A stretch of 64,000 nucleotides of DNA from Candidatus Krumholzibacteriota bacterium (GCA_963764625.1 CAVXTH010000009.1:640001-704000), one strand, 5' to 3'; positions 18,757-28,945 are shown, numbered from the stretch's first letter. Translations and numbers: made by a program. Notes: generated by a model not told the origin, from the letters alone.

Positions 18757-19220
18757 GAACTGGAATTGCTCGCCAGGTGTTCGCGAATCCACCGCGACCA
18801 GCGCTCGAGCTTTTCGTCGTAGTCTCCTTGGGACATGGCCGCGAGGTCGCGATTTCCATTCTCGGAAAGGCCTACGAACGAGTAAGTGACCGATACTTCC
18901 GTCCGCTGCCGGGCCGACGACTGGCAGCGGACCACGATGTGGGCAACATGGTGCCCGGGCTCCACTCGGTGGTACCCCACCTCGTGGTGCACTCGATCCA
19001 GACCGGAGACCACCCAAACCGCCTCGCCACGCTCTTCCTGTGTGCGAAACACCTGGCCGTGCCGCCACTCGTGTCTTTTCGGGTATAAAATCTCCGGATC
19101 CCACCCGGGAACCCAGGACCTTTCGCCTTGGGGAGAGAACAGGGGGAATGCCTCGTCTGGGTTGGCCTCAACCGAGAGACGACCCGTGAAGCTAGCCATG
19201 TGCGGTTTGAACTGGTCCAT
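18753..19220 (-). CDS. SRPBCC/START-like hypothetical protein
   Basis: AFPLFSPQGERSWVPGW...TEVSVTY...W pattern. Confidence 0.6.
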   Translation of the reverse strand: MDQFKPHMASFTGRLSVEANPDEAFPLFSPQGERSWVPGWDPEILYPKRHEWRHGQVFRTQEERGEAVWVVSGLDRVHHEVGYHRVEPGHHVAHIVVRCQSSARQRTEVSVTYSFVGLSENGNRDLAAMSQGDYDEKLERWSRWIREHLASNSSS

Positions 19221-19235
19221 CGGATCCCCGGTCCT

Positions 19236-19562
19236 CTACGGCTTTGGTGGCCCCTTTTCTTTGACCAAGGACTCATGGATCAAACTGCCGGCGAGCGATC
19301 CTCCCAGCGCGAAGGGAACCGCCAGGAGGACCCCGAGCCCTCCGGCCACCTCGAGCGCCACCACCGGAAGCGCGGAGAGGAGCGCGCTCGTCCAGATGCG
19401 CAATCCAGCCGCGGCGCCCAGCGCGGCGACGAGCATCACGGCGCCAGCGCTGATCGCGGCATCATCCCATCCTGGCCGGGTGTCCATCCACGCGATGAAC
19501 GCGCCGGCGCCGAGCACGAGAATGCTGGTAATGATGTGGCGGCGTGAGGAATATCGTGTCAT
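19236..19562 (-). CDS. small membrane protein
   Basis: Three to four hydrophobic segments with MDTRPGWDD loop. Confidence 0.6.
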   Translation of the reverse strand: MTRYSSRRHIITSILVLGAGAFIAWMDTRPGWDDAAISAGAVMLVAALGAAAGLRIWTSALLSALPVVALEVAGGLGVLLAVPFALGGSLAGSLIHESLVKEKGPPKP

Positions 19563-19595
19563 GGCCTCGTGAGTGACCTCGATTGTTCGCGGCCT

Positions 19596-20318
19596 CTATT
19601 TCTTGCTGAATCCGTAGCGCGTGAGAAGCAGATTCTCATCCTGCACCAGTCCGATGCCCGGGGCATAGGTCTTGAATTCGTTCTCGTCGGGATCCAGGCC
19701 AGATCCTTCCCCTGTTCGCAGACACTTCTCGAAAGTGCCGGCCGGTGTTTCGAAACGCTGGCTGAGACTGGCAATCGTGGCGCGGTCCATGGCCACACCG
19801 GGCGCAAGTTCTTGATAGTACTTCATTCCCACTTCGGGAGTGCCCGGCATCATGAGGCCGGCACGAGCTTCAGCGTTGTCCGCGCGCCACGAATCTTCGC
19901 CACGATGCGGCGTTCCGCCCTCGTAGACCGTGACGTCCTCTCCGAAGTAGAAGATGTCATGGGTATCACGGTCCATGGCATAGAAATTCCGCGACACCTC
20001 GGTCAATACCCCGTCCTCCCATTCCCGCTCTTCCATCACCCGCGTCATCACGTTCCCTACCTTCACCGTATCGTCGAGAACCGTGATCACCAGTTTGGCG
20101 CCGGGAGCTTCGAGCACGAGCTGAAACTGCGGCTCCAGGACGAAAAACTGGTTGTGGCCCCTGGAAATGAAGTGGCGCTGGTCGAGATGGAAGTCCCGTT
20201 GCCAGCTTGGAGTCTCGGTAGCGTCCCGAGTTGCTGGTTCGTCCGCGGCGCGGATGGGAGACAGAGCGCCGAGAGCGAGAACGGCGAAGAGCACGAGGCA
20301 GGCGGTCCATCGTCTCAT
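19596..20318 (-). CDS. secreted hypothetical protein
   Basis: Signal peptide ending IRA-AD; YFGEDV, TPAGTFEKCL, KTYAPGIGLV; RBS GGGAGG. Confidence 0.75.
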   Translation of the reverse strand: MRRWTACLVLFAVLALGALSPIRAADEPATRDATETPSWQRDFHLDQRHFISRGHNQFFVLEPQFQLVLEAPGAKLVITVLDDTVKVGNVMTRVMEEREWEDGVLTEVSRNFYAMDRDTHDIFYFGEDVTVYEGGTPHRGEDSWRADNAEARAGLMMPGTPEVGMKYYQELAPGVAMDRATIASLSQRFETPAGTFEKCLRTGEGSGLDPDENEFKTYAPGIGLVQDENLLLTRYGFSKK

Positions 20319-20385
20319 CGAGTTCCTCCCATCGCGCCGAGCTCAGAATTCTCGGGCCAGCGCGGGTACCTCCGCGGCGATTGGT

Positions 20386-20640
20386 TCAGTCCTTCCAGTT
20401 CCACCATTTAAGCCGTTCGGGCTCGTGTTGGCTCGTGCTCGCGAAGTACACGGCGCAGCGGAAGGTGTAGAGCACGCAGCGGTCGATTTTTTCTCCGCGC
20501 TGCTCGCAGAGCGTGTCGAACATCTCTTGGGGGTTCTCGTCCCGCAAGTCCCCCACTTGCCGATAGCCGAGGGAGCGCAGGTCGGCCGCGATGCTGGGCC
20601 CGACGCTGGGTATCGCCTGGAGCGTGTCATGGACGATCAT
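20386..20640 (-). CDS. helix-hairpin-helix protein (Cdd1 / pathogenicity-locus family)
   Basis: LQAIPSVGPSIAADL...DRCVLYTFRCAVYFA...KWWNWKD; RBS GGAGG. Confidence 0.82.
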   Translation of the reverse strand: MIVHDTLQAIPSVGPSIAADLRSLGYRQVGDLRDENPQEMFDTLCEQRGEKIDRCVLYTFRCAVYFASTSQHEPERLKWWNWKD

Positions 20641-20785
20641 GGTTTCCTCCCGGGATGGCGATTGCGGGATGCTGCCAAGAGGATAGCGCTGCCTGGAGGA
20701 TTGGTCGAGCTGAGAGTCGCGAGAGTTGCCGCCACGGTCCGTCGATCCGATCAGCATCCCTCGGCTCTGTGGCGACCCAACGGCT

Positions 20786-21115
20786 CTAGTTGCGCCGGGT
20801 GTAGGTGGTTCTGCTTCCCCGCGCGTCTTCCAAAATGAGCCGGTCGTTCGCCCATTCGACGATGGTTCGTTCGATCTCGCCAGATCCCGGGTCATAGACG
20901 AGGATACGACCTTTTTCGATGCGCAGCGGGTGGTACTGACTGTCAGAATCGAGCCAGATCTGCCCGTCGTGGATGGCGAAGGCGGCGGTGGGCGCGTTCG
21001 TGTCGGACCACCAGCTCCCCTGAAGTTGCTTAAGGGTGATGGGTTTCTCATGAGGTGTGCATGCCGCCAAGAGGAGGGCGACAATGCAGAGGAGTGTTCT
21101 CGTCGGTACGATCAT
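20786..21115 (-). CDS. small lipoprotein
   Basis: Lipobox LLAAC; lipocalin-like LQGSW motif. Confidence 0.65.
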   Translation of the reverse strand: MIVPTRTLLCIVALLLAACTPHEKPITLKQLQGSWWSDTNAPTAAFAIHDGQIWLDSDSQYHPLRIEKGRILVYDPGSGEIERTIVEWANDRLILEDARGSRTTYTRRN

Positions 21116-21204
21116 GGTTTCAGAGCACGGCTTCCTTTCCCCGTGGGCTCTTGGGGCATTGGTACCCGGAACACGTGACCATCCTCTTCTTGCGACTTCG
21201 TCGG

Positions 21205-22518
21205 CTACACCGAGCGTCCTTTGCTTCCCTGAAGATTCATCCTGCGCCCCGTGATCACGCGAAAGGCGATTTCAACGGAGAGGGCCACGGAGACCAGCAG
21301 AACCAGGAACCAGAGTTCCTGGGGGGAAGTGGTCGCCGTCTGCCAGATCAGACACCCCAGCGCACCTAGACAAAATCCCGCACCGAGAAGGGAGAGCGAC
21401 TTCTTGCTCTTTGTCTCGTTTGCCAGCACCGCGTTGGCGAGGTTCACCGCCGCGAAGATCAAGAGGAAGCCGGCGCTGCCCATGGTCGACATGCTCGACA
21501 GGTCGGCCAGGTTCGCGACCAAAACGGTGAGTCCTGAGGTGATGAGAAGGCCCTCCAGAGGCCTTCCCCAGGCCTTTTTCTCCAGCGCGCTCGGGAGCTC
21601 GCCGTCCTTTGCGATGACGTAACTCAGGCGGGAGGCTCCATACACCGTCGCGTTGATCGCCGAAGCGGTCGAGAGCATGGCGGCAATGGCGATCAGCACG
21701 AATCCGACTTGCCCCAGGGAAGGGCGGGCCGCCTCGGCCAGCGCGTAATCCTTGGCCCCCACGATCTTCGCCACGGGGAGCGAACCGACCGTGACGATGG
21801 CGACGAGCACGTAGAGTACGATTACGAAGGCGACGCTCCCAAAGAAGGCGCGCGGCAGAGTCCTGGGCGCATCCCGCACATCCTCGGCCGCGTTCGCAAT
21901 CAGCTCGAAACCCTCGTAGGCGAGAAAGATGATCATCCCTCCGGCCACGAGGTTTATGGGGGAGGGCCAGGTTGAGCTCGCCAGCCGCGCGCCGTCTACC
22001 CCCCAGATACCGACCCCGATGAACAGCGCGAGAATCAACAGTTTGAACAGCACGATCCAGTCTTCCGCCTCACCAATCAGCTTGGCTCTCAAGAGATTGA
22101 GCCCCGTGATCCCGAGAACACTGACCGTGATCAGGATGTGTTTCCACAGAGGGCGTGCTGCCTCCGGGAAGAACGACGCGCCGTAGCTTCCGAAGGCATA
22201 GGCGTACAGCGAGAGCATGACGATGTAGCTCATCCAGAGCAGGATGTTCGCGCTTCCGGTCAAGAGCCCCGAGCCAAAAGCGCGATCGAGGAAGGTGACG
22301 GTACCACCCTGACTCGGAAAGTGAACGGAGAGTCGCGCGTACGAATACGAAGTCAAGAGCGCCACGAGACCTGCGATCAAGAAGGCCAGGGGCGCCCCGC
22401 CTCCGGTCAACTGCACCGACAACCCGAGAACGGCGAAGATTCCGCCCCCGACCATACCGCCGACCCCGATCGAGGCGAGTTCTAAGAAACCGAGGCCGGT
22501 GCTCTTGGGTGTGCTCAT
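21205..22518 (-). CDS. APC family amino acid permease
   Basis: GVGGMVGGGIFAVLG, SQGGT, FLAYEGFE; about 12 TM segments. Confidence 0.9.
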   Translation of the reverse strand: MSTPKSTGLGFLELASIGVGGMVGGGIFAVLGLSVQLTGGGAPLAFLIAGLVALLTSYSYARLSVHFPSQGGTVTFLDRAFGSGLLTGSANILLWMSYIVMLSLYAYAFGSYGASFFPEAARPLWKHILITVSVLGITGLNLLRAKLIGEAEDWIVLFKLLILALFIGVGIWGVDGARLASSTWPSPINLVAGGMIIFLAYEGFELIANAAEDVRDAPRTLPRAFFGSVAFVIVLYVLVAIVTVGSLPVAKIVGAKDYALAEAARPSLGQVGFVLIAIAAMLSTASAINATVYGASRLSYVIAKDGELPSALEKKAWGRPLEGLLITSGLTVLVANLADLSSMSTMGSAGFLLIFAAVNLANAVLANETKSKKSLSLLGAGFCLGALGCLIWQTATTSPQELWFLVLLVSVALSVEIAFRVITGRRMNLQGSKGRSV

Positions 22519-22523
22519 GTCTT

Positions 22524-24272
22524 CTACAAGCCGGAGTCCACGATCTGGAGCTTGTCGCTCCCATTGCAACTGATGACGATGTGGTTGCCGGGATCGTGCA
22601 GCCATGCGGCATGTGCCGGTGCCGAGCACTCGGTGTCCGCGGCGGTACTCCATTGGGCCACAGTCTGCCCGTCGGAGTCCACCACCAGCACGTTGAAGTG
22701 GTCGTCGTTGAACCCAGTGCTGAGGATGGCTACGTCGCCGTTGTTCATCGGGAGCAGATCGATGCCAACCGGGCCGTCGTTCACGGGGACTTGCCCCACG
22801 ATCTTCACCGAATCGGTCGCCGCATCCCAGGTGGCGATCGTGAGATCATCGCTGTCGTAGTTGCTGATCGCGCAGACATTTCCGGCGCAACGCAACTGGC
22901 GGGCGCCGTCTCCGATCGGACCGATATAATCAGCCTGCATTCCCGATGTGCGATCAAACCGGAAGAGGCTGCCAGGAGCCCCATTCGTGGCGACCAGCAT
23001 GCTCCCGTCCGGACCCCGGGCAAGGGCGGAAGCCAAGGTGCTCGTTCCCAGACCCATGTCGGTATTCAGGAAATCATCCCCGAGATCCCAGGTTCCATTC
23101 CCCGGTTGGTATTCCACTTCGGTGATCCGAAAGGAAGTCACCACCAGGAGTCCCCCGCTCGTGCGATCGTTGTCGTAGGAAATCCCGTCGATCACGTTGG
23201 AGGAGGACTCGACGGTCAACGAGAAAGCATTCCAGTCTTGAGCGGGTGGGTAGTAGAAGCTCAGGACGCCTCCGTTGGGGCCGTAGGTGAAGACCGCATC
23301 CTCACCCGTACCGTCTCGCTTGAATTTGCCAGATCCACCGCCACTCAGCAGGAGTCCCCCGTAGGACTGCGCGCCGGTCGACTGGAAGATGGGAGTGGCC
23401 GGAGGACTCTGCCAGGGTGGGCCCTGGACGAGGAAGGAGTTGGAACCGGCCACGGCCAACAGAAAGGACTGCACCGTCTGGTTGGCCCAATCGCCGGGAA
23501 TTGCGAGGACGTCGACACCGTCCGGTGCGACCACGGGAGAATCGTAGAGCCCCGGAACCACATCGGAAGTAGCTGGGGTCACTTCGACCTCGATGGGTCC
23601 AGCATAGTCACCATCTTGCTGAGAATCGAAGCCGTGGAATCGGACCTCGAACACACCGACCTTGTTGAATTGAATGATGGTCGTGAGGCCGTCGTGGTCG
23701 GCGATGTCGCTGGTGACCCAGGTGCCCGTATATGGAGGTTCGCCGCCGCTGACGCTTCCCGTGAAGCTGATGGATTGCCCCTGCTCGATCTTCTGGCGAG
23801 TCGTAGGAGAGATGATCTTCGCCACCACGGAATCACAGCTGCTCTTCACGTGAATCAAGATCTCATCGGACGCTTCGTTGCTGTTCTCATCACGAACGGT
23901 GTAGTGAATGGAACGAAGACCGGCGCTTGCGAAGGTGATCGGCGGAGGGTCCTTCGCGGTCGAAGTGGCCGGCGTTCCTCCTTCGAAGGACCATGCGTGC
24001 GTAAGGGAGTCAGTGGATGCGTCTACCGTGGCCTTGAAGGTCACGGACTGTCCGACCAGAATACAGATTCCCGAATCCGGTTGGATGATCTTCGCTGTTA
24101 TGAGAGGAAGTTCGGGGACGTTGATGTCACCGTTGTTGCTGCAGCTCAATCCCAGGAACCAGACGACGATGAGAGAGAGGAGAAGGACGGAATGAGATAG
24201 TACCCGACGACGTGGAATAGACAATTTGATGCTCGCTCCCGGGGAAACAAAAATTTTACGAACCGATTCCAA
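22524..24272 (-). CDS. PKD-domain lipoprotein with C-terminal beta-propeller-like region (start uncertain)
   Basis: Lipobox LGLSC; GQSVTF...WSFEGGTP PKD repeats; YVTN-like VPVNDGPVGI. Confidence 0.7.
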   Translation of the reverse strand: MESVRKIFVSPGASIKLSIPRRRVLSHSVLLLSLIVVWFLGLSCSNNGDINVPELPLITAKIIQPDSGICILVGQSVTFKATVDASTDSLTHAWSFEGGTPATSTAKDPPPITFASAGLRSIHYTVRDENSNEASDEILIHVKSSCDSVVAKIISPTTRQKIEQGQSISFTGSVSGGEPPYTGTWVTSDIADHDGLTTIIQFNKVGVFEVRFHGFDSQQDGDYAGPIEVEVTPATSDVVPGLYDSPVVAPDGVDVLAIPGDWANQTVQSFLLAVAGSNSFLVQGPPWQSPPATPIFQSTGAQSYGGLLLSGGGSGKFKRDGTGEDAVFTYGPNGGVLSFYYPPAQDWNAFSLTVESSSNVIDGISYDNDRTSGGLLVVTSFRITEVEYQPGNGTWDLGDDFLNTDMGLGTSTLASALARGPDGSMLVATNGAPGSLFRFDRTSGMQADYIGPIGDGARQLRCAGNVCAISNYDSDDLTIATWDAATDSVKIVGQVPVNDGPVGIDLLPMNNGDVAILSTGFNDDHFNVLVVDSDGQTVAQWSTAADTECSAPAHAAWLHDPGNHIVISCNGSDKLQIVDSGL

Positions 24273-24449
24273 ACCAGGTCAACCGAAAATCCGCGCTGCG
24301 AAGTGCTCCCGTTAAGACGATTGCCATTCTGTTTCCGTTAAAAGCTAGACGAAAAGCGATCCCTCCGGCGAGGAATCGCTCTTCTCCCATGAATCATTCG
24401 AATTCTCTCCAACCAGCACCCGCTCGCCATCGAGCCAGGCCAAGGGGAC

Positions 24450-24842
24450 TCAGTCCACCACTCTGGCCTTATAGCCGTACTGCAGAACCTCCCATTTGGG
24501 ATCGGACTGCAGCTTGCGGAAGATGATCTCGACTTTGGTGCCGATTTTTACCTCGTCGGGTGGAGCATCGGCCACCATGCAGGTGAGCCGCGTCTTGTTC
24601 TCCAGCTCGACGATCGCCACCACATACGGCTTCTGCGACTCGAACTGCGCCGGGGGAATCCAGATGGTGGTGTGCGTGAGCACTTTCCCGCGACGCGGCA
24701 GTTGGGTCGTCTCGAATTTGCGCGCCCCGCACTTGCGGCACACCGCGCGCGGCGGAAAGTGAACTTCCCCGCAACTCGTGCACTTGCCGGCTTCCAGCCG
24801 GTAGCGCTGTGGGATCTCACGATGGTAGCGGGGGGTGATCAT
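24450..24842 (-). CDS. DUF35 Zn-ribbon/OB-fold protein
   Basis: CTSCG...[10 protein letters not shown]; GKVLTHT; PYVVAIVEL; YGYK. Confidence 0.92.
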   Translation of the reverse strand: MITPRYHREIPQRYRLEAGKCTSCGEVHFPPRAVCRKCGARKFETTQLPRRGKVLTHTTIWIPPAQFESQKPYVVAIVELENKTRLTCMVADAPPDEVKIGTKVEIIFRKLQSDPKWEVLQYGYKARVVD

Positions 24843-25999
24843 TGCTCCACCTCCAGGATGTGTACGGTGCAGCTTCCGCCCGAACCGCCCATGTTCTGTG
24901 CCATGCCGACCCGAGGCTTCTTCTTCAACTGACGATCCCCGGCGCGCCCGGTGAGCTGGGATACGATCTCGTAGATCTGCGCCACGCCGCTGGCACCTAC
25001 CGGGTGACCCTTGCTCTTCAGACCGCCCGAGGTGTTGATGGGCCTGGCGCCGTCGCGGGCAGTGGCTCCGCTCAGGGCCGCCTGGCCGCCTTGACCGCGT
25101 TCGAAGAAACCCAGCTCTTCAGTGCACACGATTTCAGCGATGGTGAAGCAGTCGTGTACCTCGCAGACATCGATGTCCTTGGGGCCGATGCCCGCCATCT
25201 CGTAAGCGCGGCGTCCTGCCTCGCCCACCACCGGAATGGCGGCGAAGTCCTCGCGGTCGTGCAGGGCGATGGTGTCGGTGGCATGCCCGGAGCCGATGAT
25301 CTTCACCACCGGCTTGCCAAGTTCGCGCGCCACTTCCACCGGCGCCAAAAGAACGCAGGCCGCGCCGTCGGTCACCGGTGAGCAGTCGAAGAGTCCCAGC
25401 GGTTCGGCCACGCGCACCGCGCCCAGCACCGTCTCCGGCTTGATCTTCATCTGAAATTGCGCCTTTGGATTCAGCGCCCCGTTGTCGTGGTTTTTGACCG
25501 CCACCGCCGCGAGCATTTCCGGCGTAGTGCCGTAGCGCGCCATGTGCGCATTGGCGATCATCGCGTACAGACCGGGGAAGGTGACGCCATTGTACACCTC
25601 GTATTCCTGGTCGGCCGCGGTGGCCAGACAGTAGGTGGCGTCCGCCCCGTCATTCATCTTTTCCACCCCTCCGGCCAGCACGTAATCGCTGGCTCCGCTG
25701 GCCACCTCCAGCCACGCGGCGCGAAATGCGGCGCCGCCCGATGCGCAGGCCGATTCGACGCGGGTGGCGCCGATGCCCGGCAGGCCGGCATAATCGGCCA
25801 GCATGGAGGCCAGGTGCTCCTGGCCCACGAACAGACCGCCGCTCATGCAGCCGATGTACGCCGACTGGATCTTGGAGCGCTCCACGCCCGCGTCTTCGAT
25901 GCACTCGGCTGCCGCTGTCGCGAAGAGATCCCGAAGGGGGGAGTCCCACAGCTCGCCGAACTTGGTCATGCCGATGCCGATCACAGCTACGTCTCTCAT
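24839..25999 (-). CDS. archaeal-type acetoacetyl-CoA thiolase
   Basis: VESACASG catalytic Cys, [37 protein letters not shown]. Confidence 0.92.
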   Translation of the reverse strand: MRDVAVIGIGMTKFGELWDSPLRDLFATAAAECIEDAGVERSKIQSAYIGCMSGGLFVGQEHLASMLADYAGLPGIGATRVESACASGGAAFRAAWLEVASGASDYVLAGGVEKMNDGADATYCLATAADQEYEVYNGVTFPGLYAMIANAHMARYGTTPEMLAAVAVKNHDNGALNPKAQFQMKIKPETVLGAVRVAEPLGLFDCSPVTDGAACVLLAPVEVARELGKPVVKIIGSGHATDTIALHDREDFAAIPVVGEAGRRAYEMAGIGPKDIDVCEVHDCFTIAEIVCTEELGFFERGQGGQAALSGATARDGARPINTSGGLKSKGHPVGASGVAQIYEIVSQLTGRAGDRQLKKKPRVGMAQNMGGSGGSCTVHILEVEQ

Positions 26000-26012
26000 C
26001 TCATCCCCCTTT

Positions 26013-27062
26013 CTAGATCTCGTTCATGCGGATCTTGCCGCGGTACGCTACGTACTTGCCGTAGTCCAGGTGAATGCGCCGGTCGCCGAGCTGGTCGCGT
26101 ACTTTCGGCGCCAGATTTTGAATCTCGGGAAGGCGATCGGTGGCGCGTAGAATGAAGGAGTCCGAACCGGCGCCACTTCCGAACGAGGTGATCAGGATCT
26201 GGTCCCCGGGCTTGGCGACGTCCAGACAGGCGGCCAGTCCGGTGGGCGAGGACCCGCTGTAGGTGTTGCCCATCAGGTTGACCACCCAACCCTGTTCCAT
26301 CTGTTCCTTCTTGAAGCCCAGGGCCTTGCCGGCCTTCAAAGGAAACTTCCCGTTGGGCATGTGGAAAACGGCGTAGCGGAAATCTTCCGGCTTCATGCCG
26401 CTGCGCTCGAGGATGCCCCCGGCGCTGCTCAAGACGTGCTTGAAATACGCGGGTTCGCCGGTGAAACGTCCGGCATGGCGCGGGTAGAACTCGCCTTCGC
26501 GCCGCCAGAAATCGGGAGTGTCACTGGTGTAGGAATAGGTGTGGAGAATTTCGGCCGCGACTCTCTCGGTGCCCATGATGAAGGCGGAGCCACCGGCCGA
26601 GGCGGTGTATTCGAGCGCGTCGCCAGGAGCGCCCTGACTGGTGTCGGCGCCGATTCCCAGCGCGTATTTCATCTCGCCCGACTTCACCTGGCAGTAGGCC
26701 ACGTACATGGCTTCGGTGCCTGCCTTGCAGGCGAATTCGAAGTCGGCCACGTGGACGTCTGGCCCAATGCCCAGGGCATCGATCAGAATCGTACCCGAGG
26801 GTTTGACCGCGTACGGGTGGCTCTCCGAACCGATGTAGCAGCTGCCGATTTCTTGGGGGTCGATGCCGGCGCGCTTGAGCGCATCCCGGGCCGCCGCCAC
26901 GCTGATGGTGATGGTGTCTTCGTCTGGTCCGGGAACTGTCTTTTCTTCGAGGAGGAGGCCCTTTTTGAAGGCCTCGGCGTCCGCGCCCCACTGGTTGGCG
27001 ATGTCCTCCGCCTTGATCCGGTAGCGCGGGACGTAGGAACCATAACCGACGATCCCAATCAT
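26013..27062 (-). CDS. archaeal-type HMG-CoA synthase
   Basis: [65 protein letters not shown]. True start ATG 27062 with RBS AAGGA. Confidence 0.92.
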   Translation of the reverse strand: MIGIVGYGSYVPRYRIKAEDIANQWGADAEAFKKGLLLEEKTVPGPDEDTITISVAAARDALKRAGIDPQEIGSCYIGSESHPYAVKPSGTILIDALGIGPDVHVADFEFACKAGTEAMYVAYCQVKSGEMKYALGIGADTSQGAPGDALEYTASAGGSAFIMGTERVAAEILHTYSYTSDTPDFWRREGEFYPRHAGRFTGEPAYFKHVLSSAGGILERSGMKPEDFRYAVFHMPNGKFPLKAGKALGFKKEQMEQGWVVNLMGNTYSGSSPTGLAACLDVAKPGDQILITSFGSGAGSDSFILRATDRLPEIQNLAPKVRDQLGDRRIHLDYGKYVAYRGKIRMNEI

Positions 27063-27147
27063 AGGACGTCTCCTTCCTTGGATCCCTGCTGTGTGGAATA
27101 GCGCACCGACGGTAGGTCCTGGACCGTGCGAACGCAAGGCGGGTCGA

Positions 27148-27213
27148 GCGTGCGTTCGGGGTCTCGAGACTTCGGCTGCGCCGCGCGTGCGTTGGGGGGC
27201 TTCGGACTCCGGC
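27148..27213. repeat. degenerate direct repeat of about 29 bp, two copies, 37-bp period
   Basis: GCGTGCGTTCGGGGTCTCGAGACTTCGGC (27148) versus GCGTGCGTTGGGGGGCTTCGGACTCCGGC (27185). Confidence 0.5.
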
Positions 27214-27231
27214 CGAGCCGAGCCCGCGACT

Positions 27232-27307
27232 GTGTACCCGGGTAGACTGGGGCCAGTCCTTGGGGCCGGGTCCGCTTCGCCGCGGGGGGGGGTGTACCCG
27301 GGTAGAC
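27232..27307. repeat. two identical near-palindromic 16-mers (REP-like)
   Basis: GTGTACCCGGGTAGAC at 27232-27247 and 27292-27307 (60-bp period); core TACCCGGGTA is a perfect palindrome. Confidence 0.8.
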
Positions 27308-27550
27308 GGCGGTCGAGGCAGCAGGACGCGGGCAGAAAAACTGGGTGCAAATCTATCGTATATTCATGCCCGAAGGCCAAGCGCAGGGAGGGAAGAAGCC
27401 GGTAGAATCCCTGGAAAATCGCGAAAAAACCCATTGCAAACTTCTAAAATACCACTAATATGTTTGTATTACCTCCCTGGTGCATTTCGACTCGTGACAC
27501 GGCGTGAACCGTGTCGCGGAGGGATTCGCTTTCGATTCGTGGGGGTCGTC

Positions 27551-28930
27551 ATGTCAACTGCTCAGTCCAAGCGCGCCAGCAGAACCAGCCAGACCAGCAA
27601 GCCTATCTCGACTGCCCCATCATTTCGCCCCGGCCTCAGCGCGGCGCAGGTCGATCGGGAGCTGAAGCGCGCCGTCCAGAACTGGCGCTCGGCCGAGCAG
27701 TGCGTGGTCCTGTGGTTTGCCGAACTCCATCGGCGTCAGCTCTACAAGAAACTCGGCTTCGGGACCATTCATCTCTACGCAGCCGAAGCTCTCGGGTTCT
27801 CGCGGGCGCGCTCCTATCAGTTGCTGAAGTTGGCGGAGCGCTTGAAAGAGCTGCCGACCTTGCACAGGGCAGTGGCTTCGGGCGAGCTGGGATGGACCAA
27901 GGCGCGGGCCGTGGCGACGGTCGCCACGGTGAAGACCCAAGAGAAGTGGCTCGAAAAGGCGCAGACTTCGAGCCGCCGTGAACTCGAAAGGGAGATCGAC
28001 CGTACGAAGCGCCGGGTTCGAGCCGCACGCGCGATTCCCTCAGGGCAGATGGCCTTGGGGGCCGTGGTCTCCAACGGGGCTGAGAGTGCTCGGGCTGGCG
28101 GTTCTGCCCGCGCTGACGGTTCCGCCAATGCCGGAAATGCCAAGTCGGCTGGTCACGCCAGATGTGGAAACGAGCCAGCGCTTCGAGTCGACGACAGCAT
28201 TGGAACCACGAAACGAAGCGCTGCCTGCGCCGAGGGTCAGCCGGGCCAGCGCGAGACGATCATGGAGGCTCCCCTCAGCCTGAATGTCGCCTTCACACCC
28301 GAGCAGTTCGCGCGCTACGAGGCTCTCGTGGCACAGCTACGTCGCCGCGGCCATCGCGAAGCGAAAGGGGGGTTGCTTCTCGCGGCGTTGGACAGTTTGC
28401 TGACCAACTCCGAACCGGCAACCGCTCGAACCGGTGACGAACGCAAGTCCCAACCGAAAACCACCAAGGTCGCGGGTGGTTTCGGCGCGGCTCATTCGCG
28501 CGGGGCGGTTGCCATCCGCGTGACCGCCTCACCCTATCAGATCCACATCCATCACTGTCCGCGCTGCGAATCCGCCGTGATCGCCACCAGCCGCGGGGAC
28601 CAACCGATCGACCGCACCACCCTCGAGGCTGCGCTCTGCGATGCGAGGCTGAAGCGCCCTGGCCAGCGCACTCGCTCGACTTTGCCCTCGCGCCTACGCC
28701 GGCAGGCTCTCGAACGCGATCGGCATCGATGCCGCATGCCGGGATGCGAATACCGGCAATTCCTCGCGGTGCATCACATCGTTCCCAGAGAGGATGGAGG
28801 AACACACGAGCTGTCGAACCTGATCACGCTGTGTGGCTCGTGTCATCGCGCTCTGCATGAGCTGCGAACACCACAACGCCAGGAGGTATTGGGTCCGGTG
28901 CGACGAAGGGACCGGCGTCTCGCTCCTTGA
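27551..28930 (+). CDS. DUF222-like domain + HNH endonuclease
   Basis: N-terminal helical region (LAERLKELP...ASGELGWTKARAV); C-terminal RDRHRCRMPGC...VHHIVPREDGGTHELSNLITLCGSCH. Confidence 0.88.
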   Translation: MSTAQSKRASRTSQTSKPISTAPSFRPGLSAAQVDRELKRAVQNWRSAEQCVVLWFAELHRRQLYKKLGFGTIHLYAAEALGFSRARSYQLLKLAERLKELPTLHRAVASGELGWTKARAVATVATVKTQEKWLEKAQTSSRRELEREIDRTKRRVRAARAIPSGQMALGAVVSNGAESARAGGSARADGSANAGNAKSAGHARCGNEPALRVDDSIGTTKRSAACAEGQPGQRETIMEAPLSLNVAFTPEQFARYEALVAQLRRRGHREAKGGLLLAALDSLLTNSEPATARTGDERKSQPKTTKVAGGFGAAHSRGAVAIRVTASPYQIHIHHCPRCESAVIATSRGDQPIDRTTLEAALCDARLKRPGQRTRSTLPSRLRRQALERDRHRCRMPGCEYRQFLAVHHIVPREDGGTHELSNLITLCGSCHRALHELRTPQRQEVLGPVRRRDRRLAP

Positions 28931-28945
28931 GCCAGGGAGTGATCT

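Noticed and set aside
17396-24272. Integron cassette array
   Set aside because: No integrase, and no RYYYAAC...GTTRRRY attC structure in the right order; several spacers are too short or overlap.
24450-27062. phlACB (2,4-diacetylphloroglucinol) cluster
   Set aside because: No phlD type III PKS, and the synthase retains the full HMG-CoA synthase catalytic set.
27232-27307. CRISPR mini-array
   Set aside because: Only two 16-bp units, too short and too few, and no cas genes in the window.
27063-27434. N-terminal extensions of HMG-CoA synthase (to 27434) and of the HNH ORF (from 27260)
   Set aside because: Non-conserved-looking sequence over a repeat/promoter region; better starts at 27062 and 27551.
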